64,000 bases of DNA, from assembly GCA_004431415.1 (NCBI GenBank), contig QPMI01000400.1:186001-250000 (forward strand), written 5' to 3'. A program made the translations under genes and the position numbers. Of this stretch, positions 38,339 through 49,743 are shown one piece after another (within the stretch, counting starts at the first letter, position 1; every line of letters starts with the position of its first letter). The stretch is from Cyanophora paradoxa CCMP329 (lineage: Eukaryota; Plantae; Glaucophyta). The notes under the pieces are model-generated. The model saw only the letters and a program-made list of their open reading frames with translations, was not told where the DNA came from and made no database searches.

Positions 38339-39870
38339 GTAGCTCGACGGGGCGCGGCGGGCGGGGCGCACGCGATCGACGGCGGCGATGAGCTGCTGCG
38401 GGGTGCACCAGAGGAGCTCCTCGCCGCGCTCGTTGAACTCGGGCCCGGGCGTGAACGCGTCCTCCATCATCGCGCGGATCTGCTGCGGGTCGCGGGTCGT
38501 GCAGAGGGCGGCCAGGATGCGCGTCTCGGGCGGCAGCATCGTCATCCGCGGGTCCGGGAACTTCGAGTACATATACGCCATCGACTCCATCACCTGCGCG
38601 CCCGCCCCGTCGCCCCCCGCCCCGCCCTGGCGAGCGCGGCGCGCCGGCTCCGCACCTCCTGCTTGTTCATGGGGAGGGGCGCCTCGTAGCCGAAGGCGCC
38701 GCCGCCGCCGAAGAGGTCCCCGAGGTTCCCGAAGAGGCTCGCCCCCTGCCCGCCCCCGTCCTGCGCCCCCGGGGCGCCCGCCGCGCCGCCGAGGCCTCCC
38801 GCGCCGGCGAGCCCCGAGAGCCCCGAGAGGCCCGACAGATCGAGGAGGGGCGGCTGGGCCGTCTCCTCGGAGCCGTTGGGGGGCGGCAGGAAGTCGGGGT
38901 TGTCCGAGAGGACTTGCGGCGTCAACACCGGCATGCCGCCTGGGCGCGGCTGTTCAGTAACGCACGCGGGAGTGTGCGCTCAGCAACCTCACGCACCTGC
39001 AAGGACGGTGCGCTCGTCCATCGTCTTGAGGAGGGCGAAGAGGGTCTTCATCTCCGTCTCTATCTTGTCCTTGACGCTCTGAGGCGACGCGCGCGGGCGT
39101 CACGCGTACGCGCGCTTGTATTAGCGCGGACCACGCGGACCTGGTCCTCGGAGCGATCGACGTACGCGCGCGCGTTGAGGAAGAAGTCGGCCCCCATCTC
39201 CTCGTAGTGCTGCGCCACGAGCTCCTCGCGCTTATCCGCCGGGCACTCCAGGTACTGCTCCAGAAGGGCCTGTGCGCTCGCTATTCTCCGCTCGATCTGC
39301 GCGAGGCGCGTGGGCCCGAGCGATCACGGCGGACTGCGGGCGCTGCACCCACCTCGGGGATGGCAGCGAGCAGGTCGCGGGCGACTTCCTTCTCGCGATC
39401 GAACACGTCTTCGTCCTCCAGCTTCCGCTCGAGGTAGCGCACCAACAGCTCCCGCACACCTGTCCAAGACTTCGAGAATGTGATGAACTTGGGCCAGTTC
39501 TCCTGCGAGTTGTTCTTGAAGATGCCGAACAACTTCTCCAGCGTTGCATCGTCAACGGCATCGGATTCCGAGTCCCCGCCTGCGCGCGCCGCTGTCAGCC
39601 CCGACAGCATGAATCGACGCGCAAGCGGACTCGCCGACCTTGTCCCGCGGAGCACACAACCGGTGTCCGGAGTTGCGGCACGGTAGCTACATGCTTTCTG
39701 CACGTGAAGACGGGCGCCCCGATGAAAGATCGCTTGGCACGCGCGATCCTGGCGTGAGGCTGCTGAACGCGCTGTGGAGCGGACTGCGCCGCACAGACAA
39801 CCGAAGCTGCTACAGCGGGCTCCTGCGGCGCCCTGAGGGCCGCGACGCTAGCGCTACAGAAGCAGGCCAT
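38141..39870 (-). CDS. Plastid-targeted protein resembling plant At4g37920/At1g36320 family
   Basis: Transit peptide MACFCSASVAALRA...RSFIGAPVF...PVVCSA. Conserved-looking blocks LEKLFGIF....ENWPKFITFSKSW and LPPETRILAALCTTRDP...MEDAFTPGPE...ELLWCTPQQL. Family assignment is from memory. Confidence 0.65.
38302..38335. repeat. Long G homopolymer (poly-C on the coding strand) inside an intron
   Basis: Run of more than 30 G seen directly. Confidence 0.9.
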
Positions 39871-40322
39871 CGGGCGCAACACTGTACCCCAACAATCGGG
39901 GGTTTCCAACGCCCAAGCCAGCCGCCACCCGCTTGACAGACTCGGCGCGGGAGCGCTCGGCAAGCTCAATCCGGGCGTCGGGACGAGTCCCTCGCCCAGC
40001 CCGACCCGTCGCGCACATAATAGCGGAGCCGTTCGTCTACCGTAAGCCGGATTGCCGCGGCCCTAACATCGATCTTCCATTCAAGTCGCCCCCCGCCCCG
40101 TCGGCGGGGGGGCGGTGGCACGCGTGCCCTTGCGCGACCTGACACTCGGAGGCGGGCGGCGCAGCTCAGTACTGTAGTCAGTAGTCGCCTTAGACCCACA
40201 GCACTTGGCCCTCTGAACACAACAGCAGCCTTGCCCCAGCGCAACGCCTCTCAGGGCGAGTAACCGCCTCGCCCGCACCGCCGCCGGCGAGCCGGGAACC
40301 GTGCCGGAGTTTGTTGTTTGCC

Positions 40323-42769
40323 ATGGCGAATCTTACGACGGTGCGAATCCAGTCTCAGTACTAGATACAGATCCTCATACTAGATATGGATTCTAATGTT
40401 CAGGGCATGCCGCCTGGCATCGCCGCCGCCTAGCTAGCTCCGCCGTCCGGAGCTGACCGCCGTGTCCCAGGTGGCTGCGCCCTATTGTGCAGGCCCACCA
40501 CGCGTCACCTGCCGTTTCTGGTGCATCGTGGATCCTCGCACGGGCAAGGTCCTCTGGGGCTGCCAAGAGGTATGGGCGGCAGCTGCCCCCGCTCGGCCGC
40601 AGCTCGCCGTTGACTTCAAGGGCGCAGAACAAGAAGCGCGAGATCGCGAGCTTGACGAAGATGATGGTGCGGAAGCGTCGCGGGCGGCCGCACGGGGCGG
40701 GGCGGGGCGGGGCGCGGGCTGAGCGGTGCCGGGGCGGCGGCGGCAGACGGCGTTGGTGATCTCGCGGATCGCGGAGAGGGATCCGTCGGTGCTGGATGAG
40801 CTCGTGCTGGTCTCCGAGCGCGCCGCCGGCATGAACGGCACCAGCGCCACCCTCAGGGCCTACGAGCGCGTGCGCCTTGACCCCGCGCGCCGGCGGCGTG
40901 GCGGCAGGGGCCGACGGGTGCGCAGGCGACGGTGCGGGACCTGCTGTTCGGGCTGATGCTTCCGAGCGGCAACGACGCCGCCGTCGCCCTCGCGGAGCAC
41001 TTCGGCGCCCTCCTCCTCGCCCAGCGGGCCGGCCTCCAGCGCCGCCCCGCCCGCGCCGCCCCGCAGCCGGCCCCGGCCCCGCCCCCGGCCCCGGCCTCGG
41101 AAGACGGCGACCGGTACGAGGACGACGAGGACGAGGACGACGAGGAGGAGGAGCAGGATGAGGTCGAAGAGGCGGATGAGGGGGCGGAGGGCCGATCGGT
41201 GCGGGGGGGCGGGGCGTGCGAGGAGGAGCCCGGGGCGAGCGGGGCGGGGGCGGGGGAGGGGCGCGGGGAGGAGCGGGGCGCGGGGGACGCGCTGGAGGTG
41301 TTCGTGGAGGAGATGAACCGCGTGGCCGGCGAGCTCGGCATGGCGCACACGCGCTACGGCAACCCGCACGGCCTCTCCCGCCCCGCCCGCTACAACACCA
41401 CCTCCACCTGCGCCGACCAGGCCCGCCTCTCCTGCGCCCTCCTCCGCGTCCCGCTCCTCGCGCACGGTGCGGCGCCGCCCCCCGCCCCCCGCCCCCGGAG
41501 CCGCCGGCCGACGGGGCGGGGCGGGCAGTGGTGCGGCAGAAGCAGCACACGGGGCGGCTGCTCTCGGGGCGGGGCGACGAGGCGCGGGAGGTCGTCTGGC
41601 AGAACACGAACCCGCTGCTGGGCAAGGGCGGCTTCCACGGGACGAAGACGGGGATCACGCCGGTGGCGGGCCCGTGCCTGGCCTCGTCGGCGCGGCGGCG
41701 GGGCGTGCAGCTCGTCATCGTCTCCCTCGCCAGCAGCTCCGTCGAGGCCCGCACCCGCGACCACCGCCTCCTCCTCAAGTGGGCCGCCGCCAACTGCGCC
41801 GCGTCCGCCCCTTCCCCTCCCCCCGCCCCCGCGCCCCGGCTGGCCCTGACGCCTCGCTCCGCGTCGCAGGAATCCGCTGCCGGGGGCCCCCGAGCGGCGG
41901 CGCTCGATCGCCAGCGTGCCCTCCTCGGAGCGCGGCTCCCGGCGGCCCTCGCGCTCCGAGGCCCGCTCCCCGGCCCCGCCCCCGGCCCCGGCCCGCCCGC
42001 CCCAGTCCGGCCGCCCCGCCTCCGGGCCCCTCGCCTTCCCGCGGCCGCGGCCGCCGGCGCAGCCGCCCGAGAGCGCCGCCCCGTCCTCGCCTCACGCGCA
42101 CGCGCACGGGCTCGTACGATCCAGCTCCGTGCGGGCGCGCCCGCCGCCCCGGCCGCCGTCGCCCTCCCTCGCGCGGCCCCGCGCGCTGGGCGGCCCCGGC
42201 GGGCCCGGCGCGTCGCGCCCGCCCGTGAGCGCCGGCGCGCTCCCCTCGGCCACCTCCTCGGCCTCCTCCTCGGCCTCCTCCACGCCCAACTTCTCGCGGG
42301 CCGCGCCGCCCCCGCCTCGCATCCCCGGCCCGTCAGCCATACTCGCGGCCTCGCCCCCGCAGGGGCGCGGGCGGGCGAGGGCGGGGCGGACTCGCAGCGG
42401 AGCAGCGCGGCGAGCGGGCGCAGCGGGAGCGGGGCGGAGGGGGCGTCGCGGACGCCGCCGCTGCCGCCCCTGCAGGCTGCCGCGCCGCAGCCGGGGGTGC
42501 AGCTGCCGCAGGCGGGCTCGATGACGGCGGAGGCGCTGCGGGCGGCGCGGGCGGCGCGGCGCGAGGAGAACCACAAGGCGCTCATCGCGCGCCTCTCGGC
42601 CGAGCTCGACGAGCTGACCGCCCGCTACGACCGCTTCCGCTGCACGTGGCGCCGCGCCGATGAGCCCTCCGCCGTCCCCCGCCTCCCCGGCGCACTCGGC
42701 CCGCCCTTCCTCAGCCGCGCCCCCGCCCCCGCCTACCCCCGTCTGCAGACTGGCATGGTCGTCGCATGA
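40323..42769 (+). CDS. Serine-type D-Ala-D-Ala carboxypeptidase (peptidase S11, PBP5/DacA-like) with acidic insert and low-complexity tail
   Basis: All three penicillin-binding-protein motifs are present: SxxK (REIASLTKMM), SxN (LMLPSGNDAA) and KTG (GTKTGITPVAGPCL), plus MN..A.ELGMAHTRYGNPHGL. The start codon is inferred (MANLTT exon at 40323). Confidence 0.88.
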
Positions 42770-43038
42770 GCGCTCCGGGCCCGCCGCGGCACACCATCGC
42801 GCCTCTAGGCGCGCCTCCTGTTGTACCAACTCAGTTCGTCTTTTGGCTTCAGCTTTTCTGGTCTTTTCGAATTCGTGTAGAGCATCCCAGGTCAGCGCAC
42901 ATACACACTAGACCCTGTGATTTTCGGTCATCCCATCTTTCAGATTTCTTTGTCAGTTGTTCTATCGATGTTACAGTTTTCAGACACGTCTTCGGCTGCT
43001 GCCTCTGCTTTCAAGGGCTCGGGGTCGGCCCCGCAGGG

Positions 43039-43380
43039 TCAGAGGCCCGGGGTGGAGGCGAGCCAGCCGCGGCGGTAGAAGAAGGCGGTCGTGACGGCGG
43101 TCGCCAGGATCGTGAGCGCCCAGAAATAGGCGTACCCGTAGCGCCACCTGGGGCGGGGGCCGGGGCGTCGGGGCGCCTCGCGGGCTGGGGCGGGGCGGGC
43201 GGGGGCGGCCGACTTGGTCTCGGGCATGTCGAAGCTCATGGCGTAGACGGAGGCCAGGAAGGTGCCCGGGGTGAAGAGGGCTAGGTGTCCGTGGGCGAAC
43301 GCGAAGCAGCAGGAAGCAGCGGAGGCAGCCGAACCTATGAAGAGCGTGAGCACGCGGATGATCTCGTTCAGGTTCGCCTC
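43039..43380 (-). CDS. Second, duplicated CorA TM module (three exons), probably alternative 3' terminal exons
   Basis: A phase-0 acceptor at 43381 precedes EANLNEIIRVLTLFIALFTPGTFLASVYAMSFDMPETKWRYGYAYFWALTILATAVTTAFFYRRGWLASTPGL-TGA. It has no start codon of its own. Confidence 0.75.
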   Translation of the reverse strand, partial: EANLNEIIRVLTLFIGSAASAASCCFAFAHGHLALFTPGTFLASVYAMSFDMPETKSAAPARPAPAREAPRRPGPRPRWRYGYAYFWALTILATAVTTAFFYRRGWLASTPGL

Positions 43381-43489
43381 CTGCGACGAAGAGCACACCT
43401 CTGTCGTCCTGCGCGCCCCCGTCACCCCCCGCCCCGCGCCACGCAGGCCGCCCCGGCCCCCTAACCCGGTCCCCGCCACGCCCGCCGCC

Positions 43490-45563
43490 CTAGTCGGTCA
43501 GCCATCCGCGCGAGTGGTAGTAGTAGAACCTGAGGCGGGGCGGCGCAATCAGAAGCGGCGCGGCGGAGCGGGCGGGCGGGGCCGCTCCCGGGCGCACTGC
43601 GCGGCGAAGACGAGGAAGCAGACGACCCAGAAGACCGGGTAGCCGTAGCGCCAGTGCACCTGCGCGAGCGGGGCGGGCGCTCGGGCCGGGGCGGGGCGGC
43701 GGGGCGGGGCGGGGCGGGGCGGGAGAGGGGGCGCGCCTCGGGCTGCTCCTCGAAGAGCATGCCCTCGACGCAGGCGAGGAAGGTGCCCGGCACGAAAAGC
43801 GTCTCCACCAGAGCCAGGTACTTGAACGTCCGGTTCAGCTGCGCCATCTGCCGCCCCCGCCTCCTCAGGCGCGCCCCGCCGGCTCTCCCGAGCGCCCGCG
43901 CCGCACCTGCACGCTGTCCGCGACCTCCGAGGCCCTGCCGCCGGCCCCGCCCCGTCCCTTCCCGCGCCGCGGGGCCGCCCCGCGAGGCTCGCACCTTCGG
44001 CCGAAGTCGAGGAGGTTGTCGAGCACCTGGGGCGACGGGGCAGCGGCTCGGCGAGGCGCGCGGCCCTGCCGCGGGGCGGGCGGGCGGCCGCGCGCGCACG
44101 TCGAGGATGGCGATGCTCCGGTTCTTGATCTCGCCCAGGATCTCCCGGCTCCGCTCGGGGGCCCCAGCGCCGCCGGCGCCGGCGCCGCCTTCGAGAGCCG
44201 CTCCACCGCGTCCCGCATCGGCTGCCGCCCGTGAGCCGCGGGATGGCGCCCGGGGCCAGCGGCCGCGGGCCCGGCCCGCACCATGATCACGCGGCGGATG
44301 GCGAGCAGGTCGCGCTGCCGGCCGCGGCCGGCGTCAGCCGCGCCGGCGGCGAGCAGGCCGCGGCGCAGGCACCTCGAGGGCGTGCATGCGGCGGATCAGG
44401 AGCGGGCTCGCCTTCGTCAGCACCTGCGCGGGCCGGCGGTCACGGGCTGGTCCCTGGACCCCAGGCCTCAGCCGGCGCCGCCTGCCGCAGCGCGCTCGCC
44501 TCGTCGTCGAGCTCCTCCATCTCGTCCTGGTAGCTCTCCAGGATCGGCAGCGCGTGCTGCCCGACCCCCCGGTCGGCCCGCGCAGCGGCGCTTCGCCGCG
44601 CCGGGCGGGGGGAGCTCACGCCGATGGAGGCATCGATGAGGGCGCAGGCGAGGAAGGACGCGTCGTTGCTCCTGCGCGCGGCGCCGTCGGCCCGGGGCGC
44701 GCGCGGCGACTCGCGGCGGGGCGCGCATGCGCACCGGAGGCTCATTCGCGTGTCGAAGAGGTGCGCGTGGCACATGCGAAGCACGTCCCCGGTACCCGTG
44801 CAGCGCTGAGGCGGGTCAGTGGGCGGGCGGCAGCGATCCGGGGCCGAACTGGGGTGCGCACGTCTGGCGCGGCCTTGGCGCGGCCCTTGCCGGGCTTCCC
44901 GACTGGGGCGGACTCCGTGATGGTGACGACGATGTTGGGGGCCAGCACGATGTTCACCTGCTCCTGTGGGCCCGGCCGCTCGCTGCCGTCCGCGGCCAGA
45001 GCGGGCGGGCAGCGTTCGGGCCGGGGGCGCACGAGGCGGAGGCCGCCCTTCTCGTCGCCGCCGTGCCCGTCGCCGTGGCCGTGCCCGAGGCCGTGCCCGT
45101 TGTCCTCGGCCCCCTCGAGGTGCACGACGGACGCGATGAAGAAGGCCACGCGCGCCGTCACGTCCGCCTGCGCCCCGTCGGGCGGCGCGGCGCGGAGCGG
45201 TGCGGCGGCAATCACCTTCGGGCGGCTGGGCGGCCGAGTAATATCGGCGATCTGGAAGTCGCTGAGCCCGAACTCCTGCTGGATCGCCTTCAAAATCCCC
45301 AAGTCAAGCCCGTCCACTTTCACTGCATGACAGTGTGAGATAGATGGCGAGAACCCGCAGCGGATGAGGGGCAGCGCACCCCAGCGGACGGAGGCGCCGT
45401 CTCGCAGAGGAGCTTTGAGATCGTCGGTGAGCTCATTCATGGAGTGCAGCTGGTCCTCGTTGATGGTCTCCGGGCCGTACTCGATGACAGTCACGGCCGA
45501 AACCAGCGGAGCGACTTCCGTGGGCTCCGGCGCCACGAACCGCTCCGAGACCTCCTCTGCCAT
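43490..45563 (-). CDS. CorA-family divalent cation transporter, isoform with TM module 1 (GML)
   Basis: MAEEVSERF..., VTVIEYGP, EFGLSDFQIADITRPPSRPK, EQVNIVLAPNIVVTITE, FLACALIDASI, LPILESYQDEMEELDDE, then MAQLNRTFKYLALVETLFVPGTFLACVEGMLFEEQPEVHWRYGYPVFWV...FYYYHSRGWLTD-TAG. Confidence 0.88.
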
Positions 45564-46193
45564 CGGGGCCTCTGCGCGGCGGCGCGGGTTCGCGTGAGTG
45601 CAAAACGCAGTGGAATGGATGAAGAAAACGATTCTGGCAACCAAATAAATGGTGGTGGGTCCAGAGAACGCCGCCTTCCACAGCCCCTTCATCTTCATCA
45701 GTTTCTTCGGATGCATCGCCACGGTCGGACGCGTCGCGCTCCTGCTCATGAGGACGGAAAGAGAACGCGGAAGCGAGAGATTTCTTAATCGCCGTCGCGG
45801 GAGGCTCGCGCTCATGCTCATGCTCGGTCTCATCGCTGCGCGTGCGTGAGCGGCGCGCGCGCGGGGCGCGCCTCGAATGCCGCACGAAGAAACGGATGCA
45901 ATCGTGTGCCTGGGTGCAAGTCAGTTCCTGTGCAGTTCCCTCGTGCGGCAGTCAGCCCGCGGCGCGGACGTACCGGCGGTCCAGCCGCGGCCTCGTCGTT
46001 GAGGTTTCAAATGAGCGCCGCCGATCCTGCTGCAGAGAGCGGGCGGGGCCAAGCAGGGGCGAGCGCTCTCCGTGTTCCGCGGCCGCGTGCGCGGTAGACA
46101 TGCCACTGTTCGATGAAGGTCTAAACAGGAGCAAAGATCTGCATACCCCGGCCTGCGTACGGCGTGGTACCCCAGTTCGTTGCTGCAAACGCA

Positions 46194-48196
46194 ATGACGT
46201 CGTTCATCGCCGCATCTCCCTTGTCCGGTGAGCACTCTCGCCACACATTTCGAGCTCGTGCATTTGGACGGCCCGGCGAATCGGCCTAACCGGCTTGTGC
46301 GACGTCGGCCCTTCGGCGCGCCGGTGACGCTGCGCGCGTCGCCACAGCGCGGCCTAGCAAGCATCGCGTAGGCGCGGTTTGTACGCCGCCGCCCTCGTCT
46401 TGACCCTGGCATCTTCGGCGCAGGCCGTGCCTCGGCGTCGCCGTCTGTCGCCGTTCCTCGTGGCGAAGATGCGGCCGTTTGCCGCCAGCCTTTGCGGGAG
46501 AAGGTCTGTCCGGCCCCCGCCGCCGCTGCGCCCCTAGTCGCAGCCTGACACGCGCGAAGCTGCGGGCGCGGAGTTTCTTCGGCAGGGCGACCCCCTCCAA
46601 GCAGAACACCACCGCGCAAAAGACCACTTTCAGCTGCGTCGCGTCCGCCGAGGAGAGCGATGACGGCCTGGAGGCGCTGGGAAGCAGGTGCGCTAGTGCG
46701 ACGGGCTCGGCTCGGCTGTTGGACTGCCGGCTCACTGGAGGCGCCAGGACGCCCTCGCCCGGGATGGAGCTGAAGGAGGTCACGGCGTCGCTGCCGTGGA
46801 CGCACCGGAACACGCTGAAGATCGGCGTGCCGAAGGGGAGCCTGCAGGAGTCGACCTTCCGCATGCTGAGGAAGGCCGGCTACACGATGTCGCTTGCCTC
46901 GGACCGCTCTTACTTCCCCAGCGTCGACGACTCCGAGCTGGAGCCCATCATGCTGCGGTCCGTTGCGCTCTTGCCGCCCGCATCCACTTGCACAAGCTGA
47001 GCGTCCTGCCAGCGCCCAGGACATGTCGCGGTACGTCGCGGACGGGGCCCTCGACTGCGGCATCTGCGGCAACGACTGGATCCTCGAGAACGGCCGGGAC
47101 GTCGTGCGGGTTGCCCAGCTCGAGTACAGCAAGCAGGTGCCACTACCCCCCCCCCTTCCCCCCCCCTGGCCCCCCGGCTCCCCACGCCCTCCCCTGAGAG
47201 CGCACCTCTGCAGACTATGGCGCGCGTGCGCTGGGTTCTCGCTGTCCCCGGTGCGGGCCGGCGGACCGAGCGCCGCCCCGCGCACGCCGCGCCTGACGGG
47301 CCGCCGCACCGCAGAGCACTCGGGGATCAAGCGGGTGGAGGACCTGCGCGGGTGCGCGGGCCGCTCCGCGGCGGGTTCGCGGTGGAGGGGGGCGGGGCCG
47401 AGGGGGGCGGGGGCGGCAGGAAGCGGGTGGCGACGGAGCTGCTGGAGGTGACGAAGGAGTACTTCCGCCAGAAGAACGTCGACGTCGAGGTCGAGTTCTC
47501 CTGGGGTGCGCCCCTTGCCGGCCCGCCGGCCAGCCGGCCGCCACCGCTGCTGAAGGCGGGCGGGGCCGGCGGGCAGGGGCGACGGAGGTGAAGGTGAGCG
47601 CGGGGCTGGCGGATGCGATCGTGGACCTGACGGAGACGGGCCGGAGCCTCTCGGCGAACCGCCTCATCATCCTCGACACCATCTGCTGGTCCACCACCGA
47701 GTTCATCGCCAACGAGAAGGCCTGGAGCGACCCCTGGAAGCGCCAGGTGCACACACCCCGCCCCCCCGCCCGCCGGCCGGGGCGCCGGGCCGGCTGACTG
47801 GGGCGGGGGAGCAGAAGATGGAGCAGATGGCGATGCTGCTGCAGGGGGCCATCGCGGCGGAGGCCAAGGTCGGCCTCAAGCTCAACTGCCTCGAGAAGGA
47901 CCTCCCCGCCGTCGTCGCCACCCTCCCCGCCCTCAAGCGCCCCACCGTCCGCCCCGCCCCGCCCGCCCCGCACCGCTCCGCGCCGCCCCAGCCCCCGCAG
48001 GTGTCGCCGCTGACGGAGGACGGCTGGGTCGCCGTGGAGACCATCCTGGACGAGAAGGTCGTCCGCTCCCTCATCCCCCGCCTCAAGGAGGCCGGCGCCG
48101 AGGGGCTCATCGAGTACCCGTTGAACAAAGCACGTACCCCCCTCGCCCGCTGCGGGAGCTTGGGCCCCCTCTGACACGCAGCAGGTCATCCCTTGA
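46194..48196 (+). CDS. hisG: ATP phosphoribosyltransferase, long form, plastid-targeted
   Basis: Transit peptide [11 protein letters not shown]...RSFFG...TFSCVA. Then [73 protein letters not shown] and [19 protein letters not shown]. Confidence 0.96.
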
Positions 48197-48587
48197 GACG
48201 GTCATCGCTTTTTTTTACAGTGTATAGGCTCATCATCGGCAGTGTTAAGCAGTGGCGTTGATGCATTTACATTGATCCACGGTGCTTTCACTGGGCTCCG
48301 CATGCAGGCTCGTACACGTGCGCGTGCCCTCGTGCCACGGTGATCGGGAACCAATTGCAACGCGTACGTGCACGTGGGCGGGCGTCCTGGCACACCGTAC
48401 CGCGGTAGCGGCGCCGGCGGGGGTCCTGGCACAATTGCCCTAATCAAGAGGCTGTACTACGGTACACTGTGACAGGTCCTACGGTACCGGTACACGATCG
48501 CGCGATCATGATCAACTGCAAATGTACACTGTACAGGGGCCCCGCGGCTCCCGGCGTGTGCGGGGCCCGGGGGCAATCCGCGATCGA

Positions 48588-49586
48588 TCATAGTTTCGCC
48601 GTGGCTTGGATGCCCGTGGCCGAAGCTGCAGCCGCGACCGCGCGCCGCGGATCGCCCAGCTCGTTCAGGAGCTTGTTCAGCCGCAGGAGAAGAATCTTGA
48701 GCTCCTCCGCTCTTGCGACCTGCAGCTCCTTCTCCGGGTCATTTCGAAGCCTGGCCTGCAGCAGATCCAGCATCTCTTCCGCACTTTTCCCTGCGAGCGT
48801 GCATTAGACATTCGGCCGAGGCCACCGGCACGGCGGCGCATGCGTGAGTAAAGAAGCTCGCACCCGTGGCGCACACTATGAAGATATAGCCGAACCTGCA
48901 CACGTGGGGAGAATAAGCGCACCCGTGCTGGAAGCATGGGCCGCGACGCGCTCGAACTTTTTCAAGTATTCTTCGTTTTCCGATGCAAGCGCGTGCAGCA
49001 CCTCTTCGCTCGCCTGGCTTGTGCCCGCCTGCATTCGCGTTGTTCACGTCACGCTCAGGTGGCGCACTGGCCGCGGAATGCGGCTCACATTATGCGGGTA
49101 TGCATTATGCATATGCGCATGCGCTGCCCGACGGCCGGCCGGATGGGCGCCTATAGCTAGCAGCTAGGCAGTTGCGCGGCGTACGGGCCGCGCACCTGCT
49201 CTTTCTCGGCCCATTGCTTTGTGTCCTGAAACTTCGTGCGGAGCGCATCGATGTCCCCGATCTGCGTGCACGTACGTAAGAGCGAACCGGTTTCACACGC
49301 TGAACCAGCCCGAACGTACTTTAGGGTGATGGCTAAAGCTCTCAAGCGCGTCGACGCGGTCGAGGTTGTTCCACACCGTTTCGGCAAACGCGAGCAGCGC
49401 TCCGAGCGATGGGAACGGCCGGTGCGCCATCTGCCGGACGGTTCGGCCACGACTGGATGGCGGCGGGGCGGGCGGCGCATTCACCAGTCTCTCGCACCAT
49501 CGTCGGGAGCCGCAGCACTTGAAGAGGCTCTCGTAGCAGTCCCGCGGGGGCATCGTGTTCAGCGCCATAAACCCCTGCCCGGACAT
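48588..49586 (-). CDS. URAD: OHCU decarboxylase (urate degradation)
   Basis: LNTMP....LFKCCGSRRW, HRPFPS, ESFSHHPKIGD, FGYIFIVCATGKSAEEMLDLLQARLRND..KELQVARAEELKILLLRLNKL. Confidence 0.92.
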
Positions 49587-49743
49587 CGCAGCAGAACACG
49601 TTCACGCGCTCAAGCCGCCTTGAAGTCGGCGCTGAGTCGGACTGTCGGAGTGACGGAGTCTCAGGGGGGGTAGACCGTTCGAAGCGCGAGCCCGCCCATT
49701 TCACGGCCACCGCCCCGCCCGAGCGCGCGGAGCGCTGGGGAAC

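Noticed and set aside
40323-49586. Bacterial-looking cluster (DacA, CorA, HisG, UraD) as an operon, recent HGT or contamination
   Set aside because: All four have host-type introns and codon patterns, lie on alternating strands and have unrelated functions.
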